Position numbers and translations under genes: made by a program. Positions 1 to 8,437 of a stretch of DNA of 57,663 bases are shown here, piece by piece. Origin of the DNA: a virus; IMG/VR virus record IMGVR_UViG_3300045988_060146, one strand, 5' to 3'. The notes under the pieces were generated by a model that did not search any database, was not told where the DNA came from, and saw nothing but the letters and a program-made list of their open reading frames with translations. Positions within the stretch are counted from its first letter, which is position 1. Every line of letters starts with the position of its first letter.

Positions 1-208
1 CAGAAACTATGGCAAGGTTTTTCGTGTGTACGAAAAAGCCGGAAAACTTGGAATCGATTGGAACACAGAAAAAAGCCCATACACCTGCAAGGGTGATGTG
101 TTTGCACCATTTGAAACCTTTGCGCCATCTGTAATATTTGAAAATATTGAAACCGGGGAACTTTTCCACTTCTCAAATATTAAAAATGCAGTTGTTAGAA
201 TAGCATAG
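1..208 (+). CDS. Hypothetical protein, 3' part of the junction-spanning gene that starts at 57547
   Basis: Frame of ORF 26..208 is continuous with the ATG at 57547 through the duplicated 55 nt. Combined product is 89 aa. Confidence 0.6.
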   Translation, partial: RNYGKVFRVYEKAGKLGIDWNTEKSPYTCKGDVFAPFETFAPSVIFENIETGELFHFSNIKNAVVRIA

Positions 209-288
209 CCGAAACGCTCCAAAATCGGAGCGTCCACCGTGGAACGGTCTCCCGGTGCTGATGATGGCAGACCAGAAAGGACGTAAAA

Positions 289-549
289 ATGAGATATTGC
301 GGACGGCAGAAAAACGGAAAAGCGTTGCTATTAACGGACGATGAAATTATAAACAATGCGCTTGAACAGGAAAAAAGCGGAATAAAACCGCATTATGCTT
401 TTTATGATTATAAGAAGCATAAAAAAATAACTCCGGCCGGCTGGCTTGTATGGTCTTTAAGTGATGGCGGTTGTGGTGTAGTTTACCGCCGTAAAGATGG
501 GAAAATGATTATTACAACCGGTTTACAAGGTGATTTTTGTTATTGTTAG
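289..549 (+). CDS. Hypothetical protein (86 aa)
   Basis: ORF with upstream AAAGGA; part of the plus-strand operon. Confidence 0.55.
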   Translation: MRYCGRQKNGKALLLTDDEIINNALEQEKSGIKPHYAFYDYKKHKKITPAGWLVWSLSDGGCGVVYRRKDGKMIITTGLQGDFCYC

Positions 550-560
550 GGGGGCACAAT

Positions 561-653
561 ATGAGAGATTTTATCGAGCTTTTAAAGGCTTTCGGGCTTT
601 TTGTGTCATGCCTTGTTATTGGGTACGGCGGATTGTTTTTATTTTTTTATTAG
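561..653 (+). CDS. Small hydrophobic peptide (30 aa)
   Basis: ATG 7 nt after GGGGGG. Product MRDFIELLKAFGLFVSCLVIGYGGLFLFFY has one TM-like segment. Below the ORF-track cutoff. Confidence 0.35.
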   Translation: MRDFIELLKAFGLFVSCLVIGYGGLFLFFY

Positions 654-666
654 AGAGGTGGACAAA

Positions 667-876
667 ATGAAATACAATGAACCATTAACAAAAGAATATT
701 ATGCAGAGCAAAAACGACTTTGGAACGAAATGAACAGTAGAACTAAAATTAACAACGCGTCAGTATTAACGAGCGAGCAAAGATTTGGAGTTCAAAATCC
801 AATATTGCCAAAAGAAGGATGTCAAATTTTAGCATTAGAAATAGTAAGAATTATGATTGATAAATTAGCAGAATAA
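667..876 (+). CDS. Hypothetical protein (69 aa)
   Basis: ATG preceded by AGAGGTGG; inside track ORF 601..876. Confidence 0.55.
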   Translation: MKYNEPLTKEYYAEQKRLWNEMNSRTKINNASVLTSEQRFGVQNPILPKEGCQILALEIVRIMIDKLAE

Positions 877-910
877 GAGGATATACAACGCGAATTATTA
901 TAAACTCGCG

Positions 911-969
911 AGCTAATAGCGATACAATCTAATTAGGTATTCCAGCCGGTGCAAGTCCGGCTATTAGCT
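911..969 (+). ncRNA. Candidate structured RNA: 7-bp closing helix plus two hairpins (three-way junction)
   Basis: AGCUAAU/AUUAGCU helix encloses GAUAC..GUAUU and AGCCGG-UGCAAGU-CCGGCU hairpins. No family recognised. Confidence 0.3.
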
Positions 970-1281
970 TTATATATAAGGCTTTTCAGGTCTTATATTA
1001 TCAATTTAATGTATTTAATTTATAGGTGCTTTTATACAGTTTTACGGCTGTATATATTGCACTCCGTCCGCGCGTCCGGTAAATAATCGCGCCAAGAGGT
1101 CTTATAAATGCCTTTATATTTATATCAGGCTCAAGAGGTGCAACGCCTGAACAAATAATTGTGCGCCCTTTATAGGTGATTTGCGTTACCACCTAATAAA
1201 AACAGATTAACGCACGACAGACCGCGAAAAGGCCAAAAAGTAACTTGTAAACCATGCACGAATAGAAAAGAGGGTTAATGA

Positions 1282-1551
1282 ATGGATAGCGAACTAACCA
1301 CGCTTGACGCTGTAGAACGTGAAATAAGAGCACGCTACAACGGCAAATATCAAAGCGCGCCGGAATATCAGGCAAGTGAGCGCGCCACACGCAAAGCAAT
1401 CACGGATATTTTTCAGTATGTCGCGAATTTTGGCACATGTGACGATGTTCTAACGCTCATAAGCGGCAAGGAATACCGCCGGACGGCCTTCGATAACTAC
1501 CTAAATCACAAAAACTATATAAGCCCAATAATTAAGGCTTGTTATAGATAG
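1282..1551 (+). CDS. Hypothetical protein (89 aa)
   Basis: ORF with AGAGGG RBS. Confidence 0.55.
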   Translation: MDSELTTLDAVEREIRARYNGKYQSAPEYQASERATRKAITDIFQYVANFGTCDDVLTLISGKEYRRTAFDNYLNHKNYISPIIKACYR

Positions 1552-1561
1552 GGGGCGTATT

Positions 1562-1816
1562 ATGTCTAATTATGAATATCTGGGGAAAAAAGAAATATTT
1601 AAGCGTGTTCAGGCGCTAGGCTATGACATGCCAAAAATAAGCGACTTTAATTATATCAAATACGATTGTATAGAGTGGATGGAATCGCACGAGTTAAAAA
1701 TAACAGTTCAAAGGTCCGGTGAATGGTTGCAAGTCGTAGAGAAGCGCGCGCACGTTCACCCGGTCACGCTATTTTGTGACTATCAAGCCGGGAAATATAT
1801 AACGCGTTATTACTAG
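1562..1816 (+). CDS. Hypothetical protein (84 aa)
   Basis: ORF with GGGGG RBS, closely following the previous gene. Confidence 0.55.
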   Translation: MSNYEYLGKKEIFKRVQALGYDMPKISDFNYIKYDCIEWMESHELKITVQRSGEWLQVVEKRAHVHPVTLFCDYQAGKYITRYY

Positions 1817-1838
1817 GGATATTTTATATCCCTTTTTG
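1816..1838 (+). terminator. Rho-independent terminator of the plus-strand operon
   Basis: GGGATAT-TTT-ATATCCC hairpin followed by TTTTTG. Confidence 0.7.
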
Positions 1839-1912
1839 TTGTGCCAAAAAATCAGGCGTGCAGCTGTCGAGCTGTCGCAAGTTATCCGGCTATGCATCCG
1901 GGCATATGTACA

Positions 1913-1941
1913 TTGACAAATGAGTAAAAATATTCTATGAT
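1913..1941 (+). promoter_or_regulatory. Sigma-A-like promoter with no downstream ORF
   Basis: TTGACA, 17-nt spacer, TATGAT. It faces a 350-nt ORF-free, repeat-containing region. Confidence 0.4.
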
Positions 1942-2299
1942 TTTATGATATACACATTTAAAGCCGTGTATTTGACGTTTTAAGGGTTTTTGAGCGTGCT
2001 AACGTGGATTTTATCAAGCGTGCTAAAATAAGCCACAAAACAAGCCGTTTACAATGTCTAAAAATATAATTATAGCATTGCAAGCCGTCAAGCCGTGGCA
2101 AGTTGTGCCGGGTGCAATATCTAACAAGTCGGGCGCACCAACTCATGGAAAATGTTTGAATTTTCAGAAAACTTTACTCAATTAAAGCACAGTGTGAGTT
2201 CTTTGCAAGTTCTCGACAAGTTTTTGTAAAATTTTGCGAACAGATTTTTGAAATCGAAAAACCCAAAAGGTAGGGGGCACTTTTTTCATCCTAAAATTT

Positions 2300-2443
2300 T
2301 TAGGAATTTGAATTTTGAATTGCCAAAAAATAAATGCTCTTGGCACTGTAGTCGCTCTCTCCTAGTTCTTCAATCAATTTCTGCCGTGTCATTTCCGTAT
2401 TAGTCCGGTGTATGTATTCTAATAGTCTGTCTATTTTATCCAT
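2300..2443 (-). CDS. Hypothetical protein (47 aa)
   Basis: ATG after GGAGCAAAAAT; overlaps the upstream stop codon by 8 nt. Confidence 0.4.
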   Translation of the reverse strand: MDKIDRLLEYIHRTNTEMTRQKLIEELGESDYSAKSIYFLAIQNSNS

Positions 2444-2759
2444 ATTTTTGCTCCAATAAATCAAATATTCTGTCAGCCGTGTATACAATATTCCGTCCGT
2501 ACAAGCTCATAAAGTCTGCGATTATTTCCTCTGTTTCTATGTCAATATCACAGCCGTATGAGAATGAGTACACATGCACCAACTCGTGGCATAGTATCTT
2601 GTCGGCCATGTAATCAGACACATTATCAGCTATCGTTACTGTCTTGGTTGTATTATCAGTCACTCCTAAACTTATTGTGCCGTCTGACCGCCTTAATTCA
2701 CTCGATGTGGGCTTTTTGAATTGTATGTGCCACAATGTATCATTAACTCTTATATCCAT
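2436..2759 (-). CDS. Small putative zinc metallopeptidase (HExxH)
   Basis: 107 aa with a CHELVHV motif in an ImmA/SprT-like context. Confidence 0.5.
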   Translation of the reverse strand: MDIRVNDTLWHIQFKKPTSSELRRSDGTISLGVTDNTTKTVTIADNVSDYMADKILCHELVHVYSFSYGCDIDIETEEIIADFMSLYGRNIVYTADRIFDLLEQKYG

Positions 2760-2811
2760 GCTTATGCCCTCTAAAAATGGCTATGAGCATTACTACCCAT
2801 AGCCTTAATAA

Positions 2812-3465
2812 TTACAGTTTTGACGCAAGATTGCTCATTTTGGTGCGTAAAAGGTTGCGTTCATCGGGCGTCATGTCATTTAAAAGCTCTGATATATCTC
2901 CGCTTAATTCACGGATATACATGTCAAGAGCTTTCATTTTATGCTCTTTGTCCTCTGTAGAAGCTCCTTTGTGCATTTCTTTTGTCTCGGTATAATGTCT
3001 CTTTGCTCTGTCATAATTGCTTTCACTCACATGTGGTGCAATCGGTTCAGAGTAGTACATCTTGCCTCGGCTCTTATCCATGTCACGCATATACTCCATG
3101 TCGTTGTAGTTTACCGGCATGTGATAATATGGTGGCTCTTCATATCCTCTACGTGTTCCACGGCCTTTAGGGGCAAATCTGCCATTTGCATAGCGATATT
3201 GGTCGTAATATCTTCTACCACTTTCTTCGCCATATTCTGCCTTAAGGCTTCTTAGGAGTTCTTTGTCGTACTCTTCTTCCTCTTCATCAGCCTTTTTCAT
3301 AGCCTTGGAAATTATTGAATGATACTCAGCTTCTGCAAGGTCTTTTATCATATCTACGACCTGTCCCATCTCGGAAGTGTCAACATTCTCAACGCCCTTT
3401 TCAAGCTCGTTGACAGCTTTCTCTGTAAGACACTCCTGCATTTTGTGTATTCTTTCAACGTGCAT
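2812..3465 (-). CDS. Hypothetical highly charged, Tyr/Arg-rich protein (217 aa)
   Basis: GGGGGCGAGAGT RBS. Acidic run EEEEEY and Y/R/G-rich centre (RRYYDQYRYANGRF..PPYYHMP). Confidence 0.6.
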   Translation of the reverse strand: MHVERIHKMQECLTEKAVNELEKGVENVDTSEMGQVVDMIKDLAEAEYHSIISKAMKKADEEEEEYDKELLRSLKAEYGEESGRRYYDQYRYANGRFAPKGRGTRRGYEEPPYYHMPVNYNDMEYMRDMDKSRGKMYYSEPIAPHVSESNYDRAKRHYTETKEMHKGASTEDKEHKMKALDMYIRELSGDISELLNDMTPDERNLLRTKMSNLASKL

Positions 3466-3476
3466 ACTCTCGCCCC

Positions 3477-3905
3477 CTAACCAATTCGATTTACTGTGAT
3501 GTTAGCATTTGCAACACTGATAGCCTGTGCAGATGTATTCTTGACAGAAATTGCCTGACAGCATCCGCAAGGAAGCCATACATCTGTTGCCATAGACACA
3601 TTGTTAAATGCTTCAACTGCTGTTGGTGTAGAGATTGCCAGTGTAGATAAGTCCGGCTCGCCCTCGACAGCAATAGCTAATGAAATTGCTCCTGCGGTTC
3701 CGCCTGTAGGAACTGCAATATTTCCGTTAAATTCTATTCTGTACTTTGCTTTGCAAGTGTTGGTAGCGCCTTTAAGGTTAATTAATCCGCTCCCTGTTCT
3801 GTGTGAAATATATCCTTTATTGCATACAGACGTTGGCGCATCTGTAAATAATACATTTCCGTTTACTGCAACTGTCTGTGTTGCAACATTTGAAAATTCA
3901 GCCAT
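3477..3905 (-). CDS. BclA C-terminal/C1q-TNF-like jelly-roll domain protein (142 aa)
   Basis: Pattern V.F....G.I.H..GSG...L...G.Y.I.F.G...., then ..V.N.S......ANA.ITV.RIG, with PCGCC cysteines. Assigned by motif recall only. Confidence 0.45.
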   Translation of the reverse strand: MAEFSNVATQTVAVNGNVLFTDAPTSVCNKGYISHRTGSGLINLKGATNTCKAKYRIEFNGNIAVPTGGTAGAISLAIAVEGEPDLSTLAISTPTAVEAFNNVSMATDVWLPCGCCQAISVKNTSAQAISVANANITVNRIG

Positions 3906-4066
3906 AATAAAATCCTCTCTTTCACAAAATAAGGGCAAACATTATAGTCTGCCCTTGGGTTATAAGTAATACTGCTTAGCAGACATAATCTTGTATTCAA
4001 TTCTTCGAGTGGAAACTCGAAAGAAACTCGAAAGAACTCGATTAAGATACTCAATTATTTAATTGT

Positions 4067-4834
4067 TTAGCATCCGCAACCTGTATTACATCCGCATCCG
4101 TTATAAGCATATCCATAAAGGTTGCTTGCCGGGAATGATGGCACCGGTGTAGGTCTTACTGCATCAATAATCTGATTTGTCTGCGCTGCCATTGTAGTAG
4201 TCAGAAGTGCGTTCTGTCTATCCTGTGAAGCAGCTCTACGTAAATCATTGTTCTCTGCCTGTAAGGTTGCAATCTTGTCGTTTGTCAGGAATTCAAGAAT
4301 GGCTCTTGTTCCTGCCTGCTGGCTGTCAATAATATCTCTTGTATTATTGTTCATTGTGTTCTGCAAAGCACAAGTGTTAGTTGCCATGTTGTAGTTTACA
4401 CCCTGGATGGCTTCTCTCGTCTCGCAGCAACAGTTAGCAATCTGTGACTGTAAAGCGTTGGTATTCTGCATATTAGCAACTGTATCAGCGTTTACCGCCT
4501 GTTGTATGCCGTAGCCGGTCTGCATAATGTTTGTGTTTATGCCGTTAAAGCCTGTGAGCATACTGTTGTTCATAGCATAAAAGCCGTCACAAAGTCCGTT
4601 GGAAATGCCATCTAACTTGCTGATAACCGCCTGATTGTCAAAACCTCTCTGAATTTCGCTTCCGACACCACCATTAGTGCCACCGAAACCACCAAAGCCG
4701 TTACCCCAGCCTCCGAATATCGCAAATACTACGATAAGGAACCAAAGCCATGAGCCGTCATTCCAGTTATTTCCGTTGTTTCCGTCCAAATTCGCCACGA
4801 TAGGTACGCTTGGACAATTTCCTGTGTTGAACAT
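4067..4834 (-). CDS. Membrane-anchored Gly/Asn/Gln-rich protein with a Cys-rich C-terminus (255 aa)
   Basis: GGAGG RBS before MFNTG. TM segment WLWFLIVVFAIFGGWG, then GFGGFGGTNGG, a CCCE motif and the C-terminal tail NGCGCNTGCGC. Confidence 0.6.
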   Translation of the reverse strand: MFNTGNCPSVPIVANLDGNNGNNWNDGSWLWFLIVVFAIFGGWGNGFGGFGGTNGGVGSEIQRGFDNQAVISKLDGISNGLCDGFYAMNNSMLTGFNGINTNIMQTGYGIQQAVNADTVANMQNTNALQSQIANCCCETREAIQGVNYNMATNTCALQNTMNNNTRDIIDSQQAGTRAILEFLTNDKIATLQAENNDLRRAASQDRQNALLTTTMAAQTNQIIDAVRPTPVPSFPASNLYGYAYNGCGCNTGCGC

Positions 4835-4890
4835 CTGTTTTACCTCCAAAATTTATTTCATAAAGAGCCGTGCGCACGTTCTCTCATATG

Positions 4891-5088
4891 CTATATTCCA
4901 AAATTACCTTTAATCTGCTTCATTACATCATCAGGATTAATGCCTTTTTCCTTGCATAGGTTTCTTGCCATTTGTTCAATTCCCTTGCTGTTTCCGCTTT
5001 GAGCCATGCTCATTGCGTTCTTAATCATTGGATTTCCCATTACACGATTATTGCTCATTATCTGTTGCATTATTCCCATTACATTCAT
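4891..5088 (-). CDS. Hypothetical Met/Asn-rich small protein (65 aa)
   Basis: ORF translationally coupled (ATGA overlap) to the upstream gene. Confidence 0.5.
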   Translation of the reverse strand: MNVMGIMQQIMSNNRVMGNPMIKNAMSMAQSGNSKGIEQMARNLCKEKGINPDDVMKQIKGNFGI

Positions 5089-5540
5089 GCTTTTTCACTC
5101 TCCTTACTTTGTGTTCGTGGAGTTTTTCTTTGCGCCCCTAAAGATAATTGCTCAATTTTCTCAGATAGTTCGTTGAGCTTTGCCATAATACCCTCTGTGG
5201 CTTTCTCTGATAGGTCAAATTCAAGTTTTTCCGTGTCACCCGATAAAATGTCTGTCTTACCATTTAGAGCCGGTTTAAAAGTCAATGTGCGTATTGTTCC
5301 GTCAGCATTCCAGCTCTTGGCGTATATCTCTGTTAAATCCTGTTTTGGGAAAAATGCTACACTGCCATCCATTGGCACCTCGTTGGGATTGATAGTCTCA
5401 ACTGCCTGTACTACTCTGCCACTTATTCCTTGTGTCGGCTCGGGCTGCTGGTATCTCTGATAGTTTGCCATTGGGTTGTACTGATATGCTCCATAATTAG
5501 GTGTATAATTCATCATTGGTTGCTGATACGGCATGTTCAT
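5085..5540 (-). CDS. Hypothetical protein with a Q/N/Y/P-rich N-terminus (151 aa)
   Basis: GGAGGAAAACAAAG RBS. N-terminus is MNMPYQQPMMNYTPNYGAYQYNPMANYQRYQQP; C-terminus is coiled-coil-like. Confidence 0.6.
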   Translation of the reverse strand: MNMPYQQPMMNYTPNYGAYQYNPMANYQRYQQPEPTQGISGRVVQAVETINPNEVPMDGSVAFFPKQDLTEIYAKSWNADGTIRTLTFKPALNGKTDILSGDTEKLEFDLSEKATEGIMAKLNELSEKIEQLSLGAQRKTPRTQSKESEKA

Positions 5541-5658
5541 CTTTGTTTTCCTCCAAAACTTCCTCTATCGCTTTAATGACAAGGGATAATGTCATTAGGT
5601 CGATTTTTTGTAACTCACTTTTAGCAAATATTTTTTCTCTCACATCATCGTCAAACAT
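5497..5658 (-). CDS. Hypothetical protein (53 aa)
   Basis: ATG after GGAGATGATGTT. First ORF after the putative attP; below the ORF-track cutoff. Confidence 0.35.
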   Translation of the reverse strand: MFDDDVREKIFAKSELQKIDLMTLSLVIKAIEEVLEENKDEHAVSATNDELYT

Positions 5659-5690
5659 AACATCATCTCCTTATGACTAAATTGTGGCAT

Positions 5691-5723
5691 AAAAAAAGAG
5701 AAGAGCATTTCCATGTTCTTCTC
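5691..5723 (-). terminator. Rho-independent terminator (minus strand)
   Basis: GAGAAGA-12 nt-TCTTCTC hairpin followed on the minus strand by a U7 run. Confidence 0.65.
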
Positions 5724-5761
5724 ATATTTGTGTCATATAATGGCTTTTCTATATACAATTT

Positions 5762-6038
5762 TTACTACACACTTTTTGGGGTGGTTACTACACAGTTACT
5801 ACACACTTTTCGCATTAAAATGCATTAAAATACATAGAATTTTATATTTTTTACGATTTTACGAAAGCTCCGCAGACCCTTTGTTTTCCTAGGATTGCGC
5901 CGTTATTTACGAAATCGTATGGCACTCCTTGATATACATAATAATTTTACCAGTTTTAGTATAAAAATACCCTACGAGCGTTGATTTTTCAACATTCTGT
6001 AAATTGAGAGTGTGTACTACTACACACTTACTACACAC
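5762..6038. promoter_or_regulatory. Putative attP with five direct TTACTACACA arm-type repeats
   Basis: Copies at 5762, 5785, 5796, 6017 (CTACTACACA) and 6028. They flank about 210 bp of non-coding DNA directly 3' of int. Confidence 0.5.
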
Positions 6039-7218
6039 ATTTTCTTCTATATTCTATGATTTTGTTGTCGGTGCTAACGATTTTTTCAATGTCAGCAAAC
6101 GATTTTTCAGGTGTAACATGTGTATACAAGTCCATTGTCATTTTCAGTGTTGCATGACCCAAATATGATTGAACGACTTTCGGCTCTATCCCTGACTCAA
6201 AACATCTTGTCGCAAACGTATGTCTAAACGTGTGACCGCTAAAAAATGGAAATTCATTGTCACTGCTCTTTGTATCATTTATCCGTCTTACAACTGAACG
6301 TATAGAGTCGCTGTATATAACCGAATTAATTGGTGTGTTAAACCTTGTAACAAACAAATATTCGTTTTGCTCCTTGGGTCTGCGTGCTGAAACTATCTTT
6401 TTAAGCTCAAATTGTTTCGTCAGATATTCCTTGCACACACTGTTAATTGGTACGTGTCTGTGACTCTGCTTGGTTTTTGGTGGCTCAACATGAAATGTCT
6501 TGCCTTTATCTTCAAGGTATTTCTGATACACAAGTGTCTTATTAACATCAATATACCCCTCGTCCATATGTATATCTGCAATCGTGAGTGCAAACAGTTC
6601 TCCTGGGCGCAAGCCTGTATTAACTGCCACATTATACATGTTGTCGTAAAATGTACCCTTGCACGCTTCAAAAAACTCGTTCTGTTGCTCTACTGTCAAT
6701 GCAAAAGCATTAACTTCTTTGTCTGCTCTCAGCTTTACACCTTTCGCCGGATTCTTAATCATCAGGTCATCTTCCATAGCTCTACTGAACATGTCATTTA
6801 AAATAACCTTGATTTTGCTCTGTCTCTCATACTTATAGTTATCGTCAGAAGCTTTGTCGATAAGTAACTGCACATCTGACTTGCGAATAGATGTTATTTC
6901 ATGGTTTCCTAAGTATGGTGAAATGTTCTTCTTATATATATGCGTGTACTCCCTAATGGTATTGGGGCGCACTCTCTTTTTCTTGTATACATTCATCCAC
7001 CTGTCAAACCACGCATCAAGGGTAATGCTGTCCCTAACACTTGTGAATTGTTGATTGTCGGTCACTGCTTTACTAAGTTCTTTCCGCAGTTCCGGCAACT
7101 TGCTGTTGTAAATTGTCTTGCTCTTGCCGAACCTATCTTTATATCTGCCCTGATAGAGTCCGTCCTTGCGCTGGGTTATTCCGACTCCCAGCTCTTTTCC
7201 TCTCAAATCCTTTCCCAT
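6031..7218 (-). CDS. int: Tyrosine integrase / site-specific recombinase
   Basis: 395 aa. N-terminal SAM-like domain; catalytic region includes HTFRHTFATRC and LGHATLKMTMDLYTHV. Confidence 0.92.
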   Translation of the reverse strand: MGKDLRGKELGVGITQRKDGLYQGRYKDRFGKSKTIYNSKLPELRKELSKAVTDNQQFTSVRDSITLDAWFDRWMNVYKKKRVRPNTIREYTHIYKKNISPYLGNHEITSIRKSDVQLLIDKASDDNYKYERQSKIKVILNDMFSRAMEDDLMIKNPAKGVKLRADKEVNAFALTVEQQNEFFEACKGTFYDNMYNVAVNTGLRPGELFALTIADIHMDEGYIDVNKTLVYQKYLEDKGKTFHVEPPKTKQSHRHVPINSVCKEYLTKQFELKKIVSARRPKEQNEYLFVTRFNTPINSVIYSDSIRSVVRRINDTKSSDNEFPFFSGHTFRHTFATRCFESGIEPKVVQSYLGHATLKMTMDLYTHVTPEKSFADIEKIVSTDNKIIEYRRKCV

Positions 7219-7306
7219 ACTGATTTATGGCTCCTTTCAAAATCAAAAGCCATTATATGATAATTTCTATATTACTACATAATGGCTTATAATTCAATAT
7301 ATCTAT

Positions 7307-7708
7307 TTATATGCTATCTGTCTTTTCGAGGTATTTTTCAAACTCCTTGCGCTTAACTAATCGCTTGCCTCTTCCGACAAAGAGCACAAAAGGACACGAG
7401 GGATTGTTAAGCATATCATTGATTCTGTTAATTCCGATATTGCTGTATTCCGCAGCTTCATCAATCGTCAGCGTTACTTTTTCCCATATTGGCACTTTGT
7501 TAATCATCGCCTGGCTCCTTTCTATCTTTTCCTTAATGGTTGCCACTCTCCGGGAAGTGGTCGTTTTTGAAATTAATAGTCTCTGTGATACCTCTTCAAG
7601 GCTTTTATCAGCAACTAGCAACTTAAAAACTTCCGCTTCTTCATCGGTAAAATTGGCATTTTTCAAAATTTCTTCAAGTTCCGGCTTAGTAAGTTTTGAA
7701 AACTTCAT
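7307..7708 (-). CDS. xis: Excisionase-family DNA-binding protein with an extra sigma-70 region-4-like HTH
   Basis: C-terminus LTIDEAAEYSNIGINRINDML..GKRLVKRKEFEKYL resembles an excisionase HTH. Adjacent to int; start taken at MKFSKL after GGAGATAGG. Confidence 0.6.
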   Translation of the reverse strand: MKFSKLTKPELEEILKNANFTDEEAEVFKLLVADKSLEEVSQRLLISKTTTSRRVATIKEKIERSQAMINKVPIWEKVTLTIDEAAEYSNIGINRINDMLNNPSCPFVLFVGRGKRLVKRKEFEKYLEKTDSI

Positions 7709-7881
7709 AAGCCTATCTCCTATTCTTCGGTTTTGCTTGTACTGTGTATACAAGTATTTGAGTATCGGCATGAGCTGTTACACGGCTTGTTGTCCTCGTA
7801 TACACATTGTCTTTCAAATGGCTCTATATCACTTATAGTTCTGCTATTCATCTTATCATCACTTCCTCTCTGATAAATTAA

Positions 7882-8037
7882 TTAATCTTTAATATTTTCA
7901 CTACCCCACTGCTCTTGTATCTCATCATCGGTCTTATCTCGTCCGTGGATGTCGTACCACGCAAACGCTACCTCTATCAGCCCGATTAGACCGAATACTA
8001 TGAGGGTGGTGTATACTAATGTTGTTGTGTCGGTCAT
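7882..8037 (-). CDS. Small membrane protein (51 aa)
   Basis: ATG starts 1 nt after the YopX stop codon (TAGCATG). One TM segment, LVYTTLIVFGLIGLIEVAFAW. Confidence 0.4.
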   Translation of the reverse strand: MTDTTTLVYTTLIVFGLIGLIEVAFAWYDIHGRDKTDDEIQEQWGSENIKD

Positions 8038-8038
8038 G

Positions 8039-8437
8039 CTATCCCTCGCTTTCTAATAACTCCGGATTGTCAAAGACGCTTCCGACAACTTCATATTCAG
8101 TATCATATTCAAGCCTGTGCTTATAATATTTTTCGTTAGGAATTGTACATATAATTTCAAAATCTCCGAATGTTATGAGCACATTCCCCTTGCTATTATT
8201 TATTTTTACAATATCATTCTCCCAAATCAGCTTGCCGTTCTTATCTTTTAAGCCTGTGCATCGGCAGATAGTATCTCTGTCCACATCATAAGCACACACA
8301 AGTACCGGTTCATCAGCTTTGCCCTGTAACAAACTTGTAGCAATCTTGCATGTTCCATCTTCACAAGTGATTAGAGAGCCTGTAACCCATTCTCCGCTAT
8401 CAAGTCTCTTGGCCTTAAATAAATATCTATCGTTCAT
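8039..8437 (-). CDS. YopX-family protein
   Basis: Starts MNDRYLFKAKRLDSGEWVTG and ends VGSVFDNPELLE, as is typical of YopX. Confidence 0.75.
   Translation of the reverse strand: MNDRYLFKAKRLDSGEWVTGSLITCEDGTCKIATSLLQGKADEPVLVCAYDVDRDTICRCTGLKDKNGKLIWENDIVKINNSKGNVLITFGDFEIICTIPNEKYYKHRLEYDTEYEVVGSVFDNPELLESEG

Noticed and set aside
1-55. The terminal repeat as a biological direct terminal repeat or cos end.
   Set aside because: An exactly 55-nt overlap with an ORF reading through it is best explained as an assembler k-mer overlap of a circular or permuted genome. It is kept only as evidence of circular closure.
1001-2146. Minus-strand ORFs 1001..1192, 1193..1399 and 1958..2146.
   Set aside because: They lie in non-coding regions or antisense to the plus-strand operon. 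They have no RBS, odd composition, and 1193..1399 overlaps the well-supported gene 1282..1551.
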